The position numbers were made by a program, and so were the translations under genes. The notes beneath the pieces are model-generated. The model ran no database searches. It was not told the origin of the DNA and saw nothing but the letters and a program-made list of their open reading frames with translations. This document shows, in pieces, positions 63,785-64,000 of a stretch of DNA of 64,000 nt (the stretch's first letter is position 1; each line of letters opens with the position of its first letter). Source of the stretch: a virus; the IMG/VR virus record IMGVR_UViG_3300014775_001776, positions 40,711 to 104,710 of that record. One strand, 5' to 3'.

Positions 63785-64000
63785 TGTATCTCAATCAGAA
63801 AAAGAAAATATTATTCAATCATATACCGAAGACTGCCGGTACATCTATCTTATTCCAATTGGGTAAGAACAATGAACACTGGGATATCTTTATGGGTATG
63901 CATGTCGTCTATAGTCAGGTTTATCAGAAACACCCTGACATTTACGAAGATTTAAAATTAAATTGGGATAAATTCACCACAGTACGTAACCCATGGGACC
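63784..64000 (+). CDS. PAPS-dependent sulfotransferase (Sulfotransfer_2-like), 3'-truncated; absent from the ORF track
   Basis: The ATG overlaps the ruvC stop (TAATG). Manual translation gives MYLNQKKKILFNHIPKTAGTSILFQLG...DKFTTVRNPWD, containing the 5'-PSB (HIPKTAGTS) and 3'-PB (FTTVRNPWD) motifs. Confidence 0.88.
   Translation, partial: MYLNQKKKILFNHIPKTAGTSILFQLGKNNEHWDIFMGMHVVYSQVYQKHPDIYEDLKLNWDKFTTVRNPWD

Larger units (their letters stand above)
1..64000 (+). mobile_element. Segment of a jumbo-type myophage genome (baseplate and giant fibre/adhesin region)
   Basis: All long ORFs lie on one strand with overlapping or very short gaps. Baseplate wedge genes co-occur with nrdA and a RuvC-like gene, there are several 1.5-3.7k aa structural-type proteins, and no bacterial housekeeping context is visible. 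Confidence 0.9.

Noticed and set aside
4306-63794. Other short alternative-frame or antisense ORFs in the track (6870, 40250, 43617, 50164, 51800, 57521, 58239, 59142, 59944, 63495 and others)
   Set aside because: All are nested within well-supported longer genes and show no recognisable motifs.
1-64000. Stop-codon reassignment as seen in some jumbo phages
   Set aside because: The standard code gives uninterrupted multi-kb ORFs. Genes end in TAA or TGA, and no TAG read-through is needed.
1-64000. tRNA, rRNA or structured ncRNA genes
   Set aside because: Intergenic gaps are all under 70 nt and none shows a cloverleaf or extended structure.

Overview
This AT-rich 64 kb window is a segment of a large (jumbo-type) contractile-tailed phage genome, with all genes tightly packed on the + strand. 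A Bacteroidota host is inferred from SprB-type repeats, the lack of obvious Shine-Dalgarno sites and the nrdA type. The order is: the 3' part of class Ia nrdA with an intrinsic terminator; a baseplate module (gp25-like, gp6/J-like, P2-gpI/gp7-like wedge and several unknown structural proteins); then about 45 kb dominated by giant mosaic proteins of 1,500-3,750 aa. Most of these are built from Thr/Pro/Ser mucin-like linkers and roughly 45 copies of an apparently unnamed 6-Cys module, together with vWA, SprB, metzincin protease and Hint domains. Embedded among them are a GT60-type polypeptide alpha-GlcNAc transferase and an HtrL/YibB-GT-A fusion. The window ends with a tail-collar-like protein, a RuvC-like resolvase and a truncated PAPS sulfotransferase that the ORF track missed. 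The main hypothesis is a phage-encoded mucin-type O-glycosylation system that builds a glycosylated, possibly sulfated, disulfide-stabilised virion fibre coat. Other notable signals are pairwise Cys covariation giving a disulfide map, a cleavage-only N-terminal Hint domain, a TATTTAT(A) motif in 9 of 11 intergenic gaps, and an abrupt loss of GATC sites after about 50 kb. All family assignments come from motif recognition by eye, not from database searches.
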